Assembly (NCBI GenBank): GCA_045538455.1
Contig: JAZSRL010000009.1
Span: forward strand, 14,875 to 78,874
DNA from: Clostridia bacterium
GTDB lineage: Bacteria > Bacillota > Clostridia > Christensenellales > UBA1242
Reading direction: 5' to 3'
DNA: 64,000 nucleotides
The notes below the pieces were generated by a model. That model was not told the origin of the DNA. It saw nothing but the letters and a program-made list of their open reading frames with translations, and made no database searches. This document shows, piece by piece, positions 18,349-26,228 of the stretch. Position numbers and translations under genes: made by a program. Numbering within the stretch: the stretch's first letter is position 1; each line of letters opens with the position of its first letter.

Positions 18349-18717
18349 GTGGGATTTATTAAAGAACACAGTTTAATTGAACAAGCTCATATTGCTGATA
18401 TAAACGAAAAGGAAGTAATTGTTTATACTCGTGAAGGTGGTAATATCCCTCACATTCATATTTTAAATCCACAAGATAAAACATTTGAATGTTGTGTGCG
18501 ATTGGATAAGGCTGAATATTTTTGTCATGGTAATAAGCAAAATACACTGAATACAAAAGACAAAAAAGAATTTGTTGCATGTATGAATAAATCAACTAAA
18601 ACTAGAGTTGGTCATTTTACAAATTGGGAAATAGCGGTACTGATTTGGAATCAAGGAAATTCTCAAGCACAAATCTCTGATGAAATTAAAATGCCTAATT
18701 ATTTACAATTAAAATAA
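18349..18717 (+). CDS. hypothetical protein (GTG start)
   Basis: 122-aa ORF starting (M)GFIKEHS, preceded by the conserved junction. GNIPHIHI weakly recalls the DUF4160 PPHFH motif. Confidence 0.5.
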   Translation: MGFIKEHSLIEQAHIADINEKEVIVYTREGGNIPHIHILNPQDKTFECCVRLDKAEYFCHGNKQNTLNTKDKKEFVACMNKSTKTRVGHFTNWEIAVLIWNQGNSQAQISDEIKMPNYLQLK

Positions 18718-18739
18718 TAAATAAGGAGATAAATTAAAG

Positions 18740-19207
18740 ATGAAATTTTTATTAGTAGAACAAGCTTTGTCTATTAGGGAAATTAAAAGACAATTAGATG
18801 GGTTAGGAAAAAACCTGCGTTTACATTTAATTAAATTATTCATTTGGCGAGATGTAGTTAATACCAGTGACTACTGGGAAGATGAGGTAGTTGGCATGAT
18901 TGATGACTTGCCTTATGTAAAGGGGTCTAAAAAATTCCCTAAAACTTCTGTAATCTACAACAGCATTTGGGGTAACTACAAAGATAGTTTTAATACAAAA
19001 CTGCCTAACACTATAAAGAGGTTAATGTATGATTACTCAAGTTTTCCTAAAATTACTATAGAAGATATTTCAGTGGATAATTTATTTACATTTTGTGAAG
19101 AGTATTGTTTATGGTTATCTGAGTATTTATCAAAATATGGTAGTCTAGATGTAGAAGAAGCTCACAACAGGTTAATAGGACTCTTAAAGAAATACCCTAT
19201 AAAATAA
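18740..19207 (+). CDS. hypothetical protein
   Basis: 155-aa ORF starting MKFLLVEQ, preceded by the conserved junction. Confidence 0.55.
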   Translation: MKFLLVEQALSIREIKRQLDGLGKNLRLHLIKLFIWRDVVNTSDYWEDEVVGMIDDLPYVKGSKKFPKTSVIYNSIWGNYKDSFNTKLPNTIKRLMYDYSSFPKITIEDISVDNLFTFCEEYCLWLSEYLSKYGSLDVEEAHNRLIGLLKKYPIK

Positions 19208-19222
19208 GGAGATAAATTAAAG

Positions 19223-19647
19223 ATGATACAAGAAATAATTACAGATGAAGAAATCTTAGGTCAACGTTCAGATGAAATTGATAATGGAGAAACTTATGCA
19301 GAAAAATAACTTACAACAATTAGTTGTTGTCAAAAGTTGAGTTCGTAAAAATAGTCAAATTGAGCCCAACGACAACAAATGAACAGCAATTAAAGAAAAC
19401 AAAGTAGCAAAAGAAATCATTCAACTGCTGATAGATGAATTAGATAAAAATTATAATGATGAGGAGAAAAATACAAATGACAACAAATAGTAAAACAAAT
19501 TATGCAGTAGCAGACTGCAATGAAAATAATAAGCAAATTTATAAATCCCCTGAAGACGAATTGATGGAAAATATTATAAACATTTTTAATTCCTGACTTG
19601 AAAAACTTGCCGAACATTATGATATAAAGGAGAAAACCAATGAATAA
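19223..19647 (+). pseudogene. short ORFs interrupted only by frame change and TGA codons (decayed genes, or genes that originated under a TGA=Trp code)
   Basis: 19223-19309 encodes 28 aa behind the conserved junction. The ORF from the ATG at 19272 has in-frame TGAs at 19338 and 19380 and ends with TAG at 19488. The ORF from the ATG at 19477 has an in-frame TGA at 19594 and ends with TAA at 19645-19647, overlapping the recombinase ATG at 19640. Confidence 0.4.
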
Positions 19648-21358
19648 CAACGAAACAATTACAAGAGCTGTTGCCTATTGCAGGTTTAGTAGCCACAATC
19701 AAAGAGAAGAAAGTATTGATGCTCAACTAAGAGCAATTCACGAATATGCACGACAAAACAATATGGTCATCATTAAAGCATATTGCGACAGTGCTATCAG
19801 CGGAACAGGTAGTGCTGACCGTAAACAATTCCAACAAATGATTTCTGATGCTGGCAAAAGAGAATTTACTAAGGTCATTGTTCATAAATTGGACCGCTTT
19901 GCCAGAAATCGTAATGATTCTTTTGGTTATAAATTAGAACTCAAAAAACATGGTGTTGATGTAGTTTCCGTTTTGGAACACATTGATGACAGTCCTGAAG
20001 GCTTTTTAATGGAAGGTCTTTTGGATATGTTAGCCGATTTCTATTCAAGAAACTTGGGTCGTGAAGTTATCAAAGGCATGAAAGAAAATGCCTACAAATC
20101 TAAATTCAATGGCAGTCGCCCACCTTTGGGTTACTGCCTTGTCCCACGAAAAGATGAATATGGCAATTTGGTATTAAGCCAAAGAACGGGTACCGAACTG
20201 CACGATTTAGCCATTGATAAGGAAAAGGCAATTATCATTAAAAAGATTTTTGATATGGTACTTGAACGCAAAACTTATCCTGAAATTGTTGCCTATTTGA
20301 AAGAAAACGATTATAAGACAAACTCTAATAAGGATTTTACCTACGAAGATTTGTTGAGAATTTTACGCAACGAAAGGTATACGGGTACTTACATCTTTAA
20401 TCGTCGTAAAAAGATTATTGGTAAAAATGGTCGCTATACTTATGACCGCACCAATGCCGAAGAAACTATTAAAAACGAAAATGCGTTTCCTGCCATTGTT
20501 TCCCGCGAACAATTTAATGCTGTGCAAAAACTTTTGGATTCGCGTGTTAGGAAAACACCAGGATTAAGAATTGTTGATTATTTACTTGCTGGTAAAATTA
20601 TTTGTGGTGAATGCGGGCATCCTTTTAGCGGAGAAAGAAAACGCAAGAACTTTGCCGATGGTACAACTTATTGGATTTACTATCGCTGCAAAAGCAATCA
20701 CAACAAAACAGATAAACTAACAACCAAAGCCAATTGTCATAATAGCAGTATCCGCAAAGATGAAATTGAAGCCTTTGTGTTACAACAAATTACTGACTTA
20801 ATTTTCAGCGAAAAGAACTTTGACAAGATTTTTGAATTTTATCAAAACTATAAAACAGAACTTTTGTCTAACGAACATGCTACTTCGGCGATTGAAAAAG
20901 AAATCAGCAACATTGAAAAGAAAATTCAAAACCTTTACAATGCCATTGCTGACATGGGTTACACCGAACAAATCAAATTGCAAATTTCTGGTTACGAAAA
21001 GAAGAAATTAGACTTAACGGAAAAACTTGCCGAAGCCAAATCTTTTCAACTACCAACGATTAACAAAGACAAATTGAAAGCATCTTACGATAAATTCAAA
21101 TACGAATTTCAAAACAACATATTGCCAAACAACAAAGATTTGGTTGATATTTTCTTAAACAAAGTTGTGGTTTATAAAGACCATGTCGAAGTTTATCTCA
21201 ATGTGTTGCCTGCACTGAAATGTGAAGACTATGGCTTAGAGATTGACTTAAACCTATTAAAAAGCGAAGAGGACGGAGAAAATCCATCCTCTTTGTTGTT
21301 TTTATCCCCAGAACGTGTATCTGCAGGCTCTAACTCTGCCAACACAAACTTAATTTGA
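19640..21358 (+). CDS. large serine recombinase (integrase)
   Basis: 572 aa with an N-terminal resolvase domain (AVAYCRFSSHNQREESIDAQ, VHKLDRFARN), a recombinase domain, a zinc ribbon (CGECGHPF...YYRC) and a C-terminal coiled coil. Confidence 0.9.
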   Translation: MNNNETITRAVAYCRFSSHNQREESIDAQLRAIHEYARQNNMVIIKAYCDSAISGTGSADRKQFQQMISDAGKREFTKVIVHKLDRFARNRNDSFGYKLELKKHGVDVVSVLEHIDDSPEGFLMEGLLDMLADFYSRNLGREVIKGMKENAYKSKFNGSRPPLGYCLVPRKDEYGNLVLSQRTGTELHDLAIDKEKAIIIKKIFDMVLERKTYPEIVAYLKENDYKTNSNKDFTYEDLLRILRNERYTGTYIFNRRKKIIGKNGRYTYDRTNAEETIKNENAFPAIVSREQFNAVQKLLDSRVRKTPGLRIVDYLLAGKIICGECGHPFSGERKRKNFADGTTYWIYYRCKSNHNKTDKLTTKANCHNSSIRKDEIEAFVLQQITDLIFSEKNFDKIFEFYQNYKTELLSNEHATSAIEKEISNIEKKIQNLYNAIADMGYTEQIKLQISGYEKKKLDLTEKLAEAKSFQLPTINKDKLKASYDKFKYEFQNNILPNNKDLVDIFLNKVVVYKDHVEVYLNVLPALKCEDYGLEIDLNLLKSEEDGENPSSLLFLSPERVSAGSNSANTNLI

Positions 21359-21417
21359 ATCAAAAGAAATAGTCTGTGATAAGAGTAGACTGTTTTCTTT
21401 AATTACATATTCACGAT

Positions 21418-22824
21418 TTACAGTTTTTCACAAGTAGTCTTGTTATCTTTTGATGTTTGGTTTAAGGCATTAATTTTAACCAAAGCAACCTGGAAAAATT
21501 TTCTAATCTGTTCTGAACGCTCAGAATCGTACTTTAAATTTTCTTTTTCGGTTAAATCACAAAAATATTTGTTATCCAATGTTTTTCTAACTTGATCAAA
21601 AGCATTGAATTTAGGAATGCCATTTTCATTTTTAATTGATGTAAAAACAAAAGTTCCTTCATCAAAACTGGCACTATGAACCAGTTTGTTTCCGTCCATC
21701 AAAGCGACTCCGTCAAAATAATGTGCCGGACTTTCTCCGTTTTCGCAGTTTTGTGCCACCAGACTACGCCAGTACTCAACCATAGCAGCATCTGATAATT
21801 CTTCTTTGCCAAATGGTCTGCGGATATGTAAATTGGGTTGGAGGTTCTCGGGTAGTTTTTCAATGTGCATACCCATATCCCAAGCAAAAGTCGGCATACC
21901 ACTAAGCTGACTTAATGCCGCTGCTTTGATAATCGCATTTTCAACCGCTGTCGTTCCATTTTCCTCGACATTAAGTTTCAAACCAAGTTCTTTCGGGGTA
22001 TGGAAATTTATGCCTAATCCATTGGCAGCCATTTTAATAAACTCGATTTTATGTTTATTATTGGTTGCAAGTAAAATATCCATGCGGAAATCTTTCTCGT
22101 GATTGATATTTGTTTTTGGGAATGTCGATTTTTTTGTTGGTTGATAATCCTGTCTGACTAAATCAATACGGCCCGGTTCTTCGCAAACTTTATGCTTTCT
22201 GGATTTGATGCGATTGATTTTGCAATACTCTTCTTTAAATTTATCCGGTTGCTTTAAGAGATTTCGCATATCGACAAGAAATTTTTTATAAACCTCATCT
22301 TCATAAAACATATTTTCTGGATTATCTTCACTGTACTTTTTCGCTAGTCTTTTAATTGTATAGTCCAAATAATCTTCAATGTTCATTTCGGGCATTCTTT
22401 CATGTGCCACAAAAAAGCTACGAATGAAAACAATTTCTATTGATGTGTTACGATCTGCTGACGATATCAGTTTACCATAAGGCGACCGTGGGTTATCTTC
22501 CTTCGACGAACGATGATCCTCAATCGCTTCTTTAATGATTAAGCGTTGTTCGTCATTAAAAAAATTGGACATATTTTTATCTTCAAAAAACATTTGACCA
22601 GCAATTAAATGATGTTGCTCATGGTCAAGATACTTTCCTAAATCATGGTACGAAGCTATCGCATAAAGCATATTCTCATCAAGGTTTAATTGAAATGTTT
22701 GATTCAAAACAAAACATCTTCTAATTACTTCTTTGATGTGAACAATATTATGCCCCAAATCGTTTTTTTCGTATAATGGCAAAATATTTTTGATAATATA
22801 ATTTTCCAAAAGCTGATTAACCAT
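21418..22824 (-). CDS. HD phosphohydrolase - Ham1/ITPase-like (non-canonical NTP pyrophosphatase) fusion protein
   Basis: 468 aa. The N-half has HNIVH...SYHDLGK...EDHR (HD-domain metal ligands). The C-half has ILLATNNKHKIEF and VEENGTTAVENAIIKA...GMPTFAWDMG (RdgB/Ham1 pattern). Confidence 0.6.
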   Translation of the reverse strand: MVNQLLENYIIKNILPLYEKNDLGHNIVHIKEVIRRCFVLNQTFQLNLDENMLYAIASYHDLGKYLDHEQHHLIAGQMFFEDKNMSNFFNDEQRLIIKEAIEDHRSSKEDNPRSPYGKLISSADRNTSIEIVFIRSFFVAHERMPEMNIEDYLDYTIKRLAKKYSEDNPENMFYEDEVYKKFLVDMRNLLKQPDKFKEEYCKINRIKSRKHKVCEEPGRIDLVRQDYQPTKKSTFPKTNINHEKDFRMDILLATNNKHKIEFIKMAANGLGINFHTPKELGLKLNVEENGTTAVENAIIKAAALSQLSGMPTFAWDMGMHIEKLPENLQPNLHIRRPFGKEELSDAAMVEYWRSLVAQNCENGESPAHYFDGVALMDGNKLVHSASFDEGTFVFTSIKNENGIPKFNAFDQVRKTLDNKYFCDLTEKENLKYDSERSEQIRKFFQVALVKINALNQTSKDNKTTCEKL

Positions 22825-22917
22825 AAAATCATTCTCCTGTTTTTTAGTATAACATATACTATCAGTTTTTGATTAAAGTTTTTAGTTCTATACCGTATAA
22901 ATTAGCGGAGTTCATTT

Positions 22918-22938
22918 TAGGTTAGCCGACCCCTGCCA
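22918..22938 (+). pseudogene. decayed tRNA-Gln 3'-end remnant (candidate right attachment-site scar)
   Basis: TAGGTTAGCCGACCCCTGCCA compared with the tRNA 3' part TAGGTTCGAATCCTGCTACCCCTGCCA. Confidence 0.45.
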
Positions 22939-22943
22939 TTCAT

Positions 22944-22980
22944 AACCTAATCCGCGCTGCGGGTTGGGTTTTTATTTTTT
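22944..22980 (+). terminator. rho-independent terminator with no upstream plus-strand gene
   Basis: AACCTAATCCGC-GCT-GCGGGTTGGGTT: a 12-bp stem that includes two G-U pairs (valid only on the plus-strand RNA), followed by TTTATTTTTT. Confidence 0.65.
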
Positions 22981-22989
22981 TGGGGGCTA

Positions 22990-23018
22990 TTGAAAAAGCG
23001 TGGGCAGTCATTTATAAT
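22990..23018 (+). promoter_or_regulatory. sigma-70-type promoter (TTGAAA-17 nt-TATAAT)
   Basis: Consensus-like boxes 22 nt upstream of the paralog B start, with RBS AAGGAAG in between. Confidence 0.6.
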
Positions 23019-23039
23019 ACAGTAAGGAAGCAAAAGTTT

Positions 23040-24143
23040 ATGCTGGAAGGATATCAAGTTGAAATTGGTAAAAGAAATTTAAATGCGGAAAACCATTGGG
23101 AATTGTTGGATTTGGCTAATTTAAGGTTTGAAAAGCCAACAGTTTTGTGTTTATCAGGCGATGGGACACGGACCAACCAGCAAGCTAATGCTTTTGCGAA
23201 ACAAGCCGAACGGCATTTAGATTTGATGTTTTCCGCACAACACAACTATCGGACTTTGGACCAAGTTGATATTTTAGGTGTTAAATATGCACCCTTAATT
23301 GGAACGCTGACCAAACCGGCAACCAAGCAACTGGTTGATGCTATGATGAAGTTATGCGTAGATTCAAATGGCAACCGATTGAGTTTGGAACAAGCCAAGC
23401 AAAATATGTCGCGTTTAACATTTTTTACTTACTGTTATGGTCATAGTGCTTTGAATTTTATCATCTTTGATTTGAATAAAGAACTGGCAGAAGTTGGCTA
23501 TCGGGAAGATGAAATTACCGCGATTAACAACGCCACAAGCGAAGTATGTTATGCACCGCTGGCAACTTGGAACAAAGTTCCGAGTGTACGCGTCATTAGT
23601 TTACGAGATAATGAAATGACTTTGCCTTTAAGTAACGGGTTGGGACAATTTACCGACAGTCAATTACACCAATTATTAAATGGCGTCCATTTACACCAAG
23701 ATGCAGCAGGTTTAATGTATGGAAAGACTATGGACGAAGACACAAACACCGCTGGCAGTATTCAAATTATTTCATCGGGGTTATTAAATTCTTACAGCGG
23801 TGAAATCAACGAACACGCGGTTAGTTTGACAGCACGCGACCAAGATTGGCAGCTTAAACCAACAAATATGTATGGCGAATTTTATTACGCACCAAATGCC
23901 GATTGTGTTTCGCAGATGATGGCATGGGCTTTGTGCAAAGGTGTGGAAAATAGTCTTCAAAATTTCCAAGCCCCAAAATATATTCCCAATACTTACTGGC
24001 AAGAATTGATACCTGATTTTAAATCGATCATTCACAGTTTTGGTCGGAAAAAATTATCGAAAAATATTATTCGTGAAAAAAGATTTTACCAAGCAATCAA
24101 CCAAGACATGCCAACCGCAAAAGATATTGGCATCGAAATTTGA
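23040..24143 (+). CDS. hypothetical protein, paralog B (N-domain only)
   Basis: 367 aa from the ATG behind the AAGGAAG RBS; I consider the track's TTG start at 22980 unlikely. It is colinear with the N-domain of paralog A and ends in ...DIGIEI with a TGA stop. Confidence 0.75.
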   Translation: MLEGYQVEIGKRNLNAENHWELLDLANLRFEKPTVLCLSGDGTRTNQQANAFAKQAERHLDLMFSAQHNYRTLDQVDILGVKYAPLIGTLTKPATKQLVDAMMKLCVDSNGNRLSLEQAKQNMSRLTFFTYCYGHSALNFIIFDLNKELAEVGYREDEITAINNATSEVCYAPLATWNKVPSVRVISLRDNEMTLPLSNGLGQFTDSQLHQLLNGVHLHQDAAGLMYGKTMDEDTNTAGSIQIISSGLLNSYSGEINEHAVSLTARDQDWQLKPTNMYGEFYYAPNADCVSQMMAWALCKGVENSLQNFQAPKYIPNTYWQELIPDFKSIIHSFGRKKLSKNIIREKRFYQAINQDMPTAKDIGIEI

Positions 24144-24148
24144 AAAGA

Positions 24149-24904
24149 TTATTTATCTAAGCGGTTTTCTTTTTTAGTACGGCGGATAAATTCTGGACTA
24201 AATTCCATTTTGCCCAGCTCATTACAGCGGTTTAATAAAAGTGTCGCAATCTCTTCTTTCGTGCGTCCATGTGCTAGTTCGGAATATTGCACTGGTTTGT
24301 CAATAATGTAAACTTTATCCGACTTGCGATAATAGGTAACATAGACCGGTAAATCAATCCCCCGCTTTAAGCAGGTTTCAGCCAAAACGATAAAACCATA
24401 ATGGAAAGCTTCCAATTCAGCCAAATAACCTTTTTCACTGTTTTCGGGATAAATAACAATACTCTCACCTTTTTTTAGGGCGGTAATACTTTCTCTTAAA
24501 GTTTTAATCAATCGGGCATCTCGGTAGGTAGAAATTAAATTTAGACCCTTGTAAAAAAGGTTGGTTAGTGGACTGGCAAGTAAACAAAACAAACGCGCTA
24601 AATGAATGTTCCAGTGTTTCTTCTCGTGATAATAAACTTGGGTTTGATACTGATACATCATTTTCAAGCCAGAATTCATTTCGTGAGCACCCCACATCCG
24701 TGTCGGGTGGTTATGATAAATTTCCAAAGACATGGGGGCATCGGTGCCTTCATGATTGCTTAAAATTAAACTACCGTTTTGAAATTTTTCGCCAAGATAA
24801 ATAAACGCTGGTCGTTTGTAACGAATTTTCATAATCGTTTTCAAAAATCGAAACCATAATTTTCGCTTTTTTTTGACCACCGTTGTTTGTTCTTTTGTTT
24901 GCAT
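24149..24904 (-). CDS. PlsC-like lysophospholipid acyltransferase family protein
   Basis: 251 aa with the HX4D motif (SNHEGTDAP) and IVIYPEN (an FPEG-like motif). Confidence 0.6.
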   Translation of the reverse strand: MQTKEQTTVVKKKRKLWFRFLKTIMKIRYKRPAFIYLGEKFQNGSLILSNHEGTDAPMSLEIYHNHPTRMWGAHEMNSGLKMMYQYQTQVYYHEKKHWNIHLARLFCLLASPLTNLFYKGLNLISTYRDARLIKTLRESITALKKGESIVIYPENSEKGYLAELEAFHYGFIVLAETCLKRGIDLPVYVTYYRKSDKVYIIDKPVQYSELAHGRTKEEIATLLLNRCNELGKMEFSPEFIRRTKKENRLDK

Positions 24905-25031
24905 TTTTATCTCCTGTATTTGTTAAATTGTATACCACCCCAAAATGATTATCAACTAAACACAAGCTAACTCCAAAAATTATTCGCTTTCGTTCGGAGT
25001 TTATGTTATAATAGGTTAAGGAGATAACCTT

Positions 25032-25469
25032 ATGAAATTTTTAAGAAGTTTATTTTTGACTTGCGCCAGCATTGCTTTGGGGTTAGCCGTGGGAGCTTAC
25101 CTTACAACGAATGTGACCGCTATTGATAAAAAATTATTAATTTTGATTGCTGGTATTGTTTGCGGTGTTGGTTATTTAATTGGCATTATTTTGGCGATTG
25201 TGGTGGCACATATGACTAAACAACGCAAAAATTTAAGTGTAAACTTACAAAAAAATGATTTAGTTTTACAATGTGGGGTTGAATATGTCGTTAAAAAACG
25301 CGGGACTGTGCGTCCAGGCGAATACACTGTTTTGGCTACTGATGAAAACAACCGCAGTTTTACTTTGCGCGTGAACAACTATGTAAAAGAATATCAACAC
25401 AATACCAATTTAATTTTATCTGAGGGTGACACAATTTCTGCGCGTTCCAGCAATGTAATTTTACGCTAA
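25032..25469 (+). CDS. hypothetical membrane protein
   Basis: 145 aa with two N-terminal TM segments. Confidence 0.5.
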   Translation: MKFLRSLFLTCASIALGLAVGAYLTTNVTAIDKKLLILIAGIVCGVGYLIGIILAIVVAHMTKQRKNLSVNLQKNDLVLQCGVEYVVKKRGTVRPGEYTVLATDENNRSFTLRVNNYVKEYQHNTNLILSEGDTISARSSNVILR

Positions 25470-25508
25470 TTGACATTTTAGGTAAATCTTGCCATATTGA
25501 TAGAGTAA

Positions 25509-26225
25509 ATGAAAAAGCCCAGTTCGATAAAACTTGTTATGATTGTAATCGTCATTTTGTTGGCTGATGTTGGTTTAGTTTTTGGGGTAACCGTAGCTTC
25601 CATGTTTTCGGATTGGAAAATTTTTAACGATGAAAGTACAGAATTTTACGCACAAGCTAATCCTTACGAAACAGTAGTTTTTTTATATCCCGAAGACGGT
25701 GTCGATTTTACCACACAAAATTTGACCGCTTGGCAAGCTGATGTGGAACGCTTGATAACTTTAACCGCGGGACAAACAGATGTGCCCAAAATTGTCGACA
25801 TTGATTGCGACTTAACTTTTTTGGAAAATGAAGCGGTGCAAGCTTATCCTGTGTTAATTACTTTTGCCAATTTGCCAGAAGTAACCGTAGATAAAAAAGT
25901 AAGTCCGTTAAAAATTGAATATACACAAACTGTTTTTAATCCGTTATCGTTGTTACCAGCAAGCGGACATTTTGATTACGGCATCACTTATATGTTTGAA
26001 CGCCGCCACAGCTCATCAAACGCCGCGTTAGTTACCGAAGATGAAAATTCTGGTGCAAGCGTTTACATGTGGACAAACACAGACCCGATTATAATCACAG
26101 ATGTATATCCCAACCGCCTACTCCCCTATCTTTTAATTTTGTTGGCAGCACCGGCGTTAGGCGTAATAACTTATTTGACTTGTCGATATTGTGATTGTAA
26201 AAAAGCTACAAATCCTGTACAATAA
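25509..26225 (+). CDS. hypothetical protein with N- and C-terminal TM anchors
   Basis: 238 aa with hydrophobic segments at both ends. Confidence 0.5.
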   Translation: MKKPSSIKLVMIVIVILLADVGLVFGVTVASMFSDWKIFNDESTEFYAQANPYETVVFLYPEDGVDFTTQNLTAWQADVERLITLTAGQTDVPKIVDIDCDLTFLENEAVQAYPVLITFANLPEVTVDKKVSPLKIEYTQTVFNPLSLLPASGHFDYGITYMFERRHSSSNAALVTEDENSGASVYMWTNTDPIIITDVYPNRLLPYLLILLAAPALGVITYLTCRYCDCKKATNPVQ

Positions 26226-26228
26226 GTT

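Larger units (their letters stand above)
17938..19222 (+). repeat. four exact copies of the 18-nt junction TAAGGAGATAAATTAAAG
   Basis: Copies lie at 17938-17955, 18331-18348, 18722-18739 and 19205-19222. Each ends immediately before a start codon (ATG, GTG, ATG, ATG) and contains a consensus Shine-Dalgarno sequence. Confidence 0.9.
9338..22938. mobile_element. putative ~13.6-kb integrated element (IME-like genomic island) at the 3' end of tRNA-Gln(CUG)
   Basis: It begins right after the tRNA and is visibly more AT-rich than the flanks from about 9551 to 22913. It carries an HUH Rep-like gene, a large serine recombinase, an XRE regulator and an MTase/HNH module. The right edge holds a decayed tRNA-Gln 3' end (22918-22938, sharing CCCCTGCCA with 9329-9337), followed by an orphan plus-strand terminator. 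The exact ends are not resolved. Confidence 0.5.

Noticed and set aside
17938-19222. The repeated 18-mers as a CRISPR-like array
   Set aside because: The repeats are 390-480 bp apart. The intervening sequences are protein-coding ORFs, and each repeat is an RBS abutting a start codon. There are no cas genes in the window.
22980-23039. TTG-initiated N-terminal extension of paralog B given in the track
   Set aside because: It would start inside the terminator T-run and read through the predicted promoter. The ATG at 23040 has an AAGGAAG RBS and aligns with the start of paralog A.
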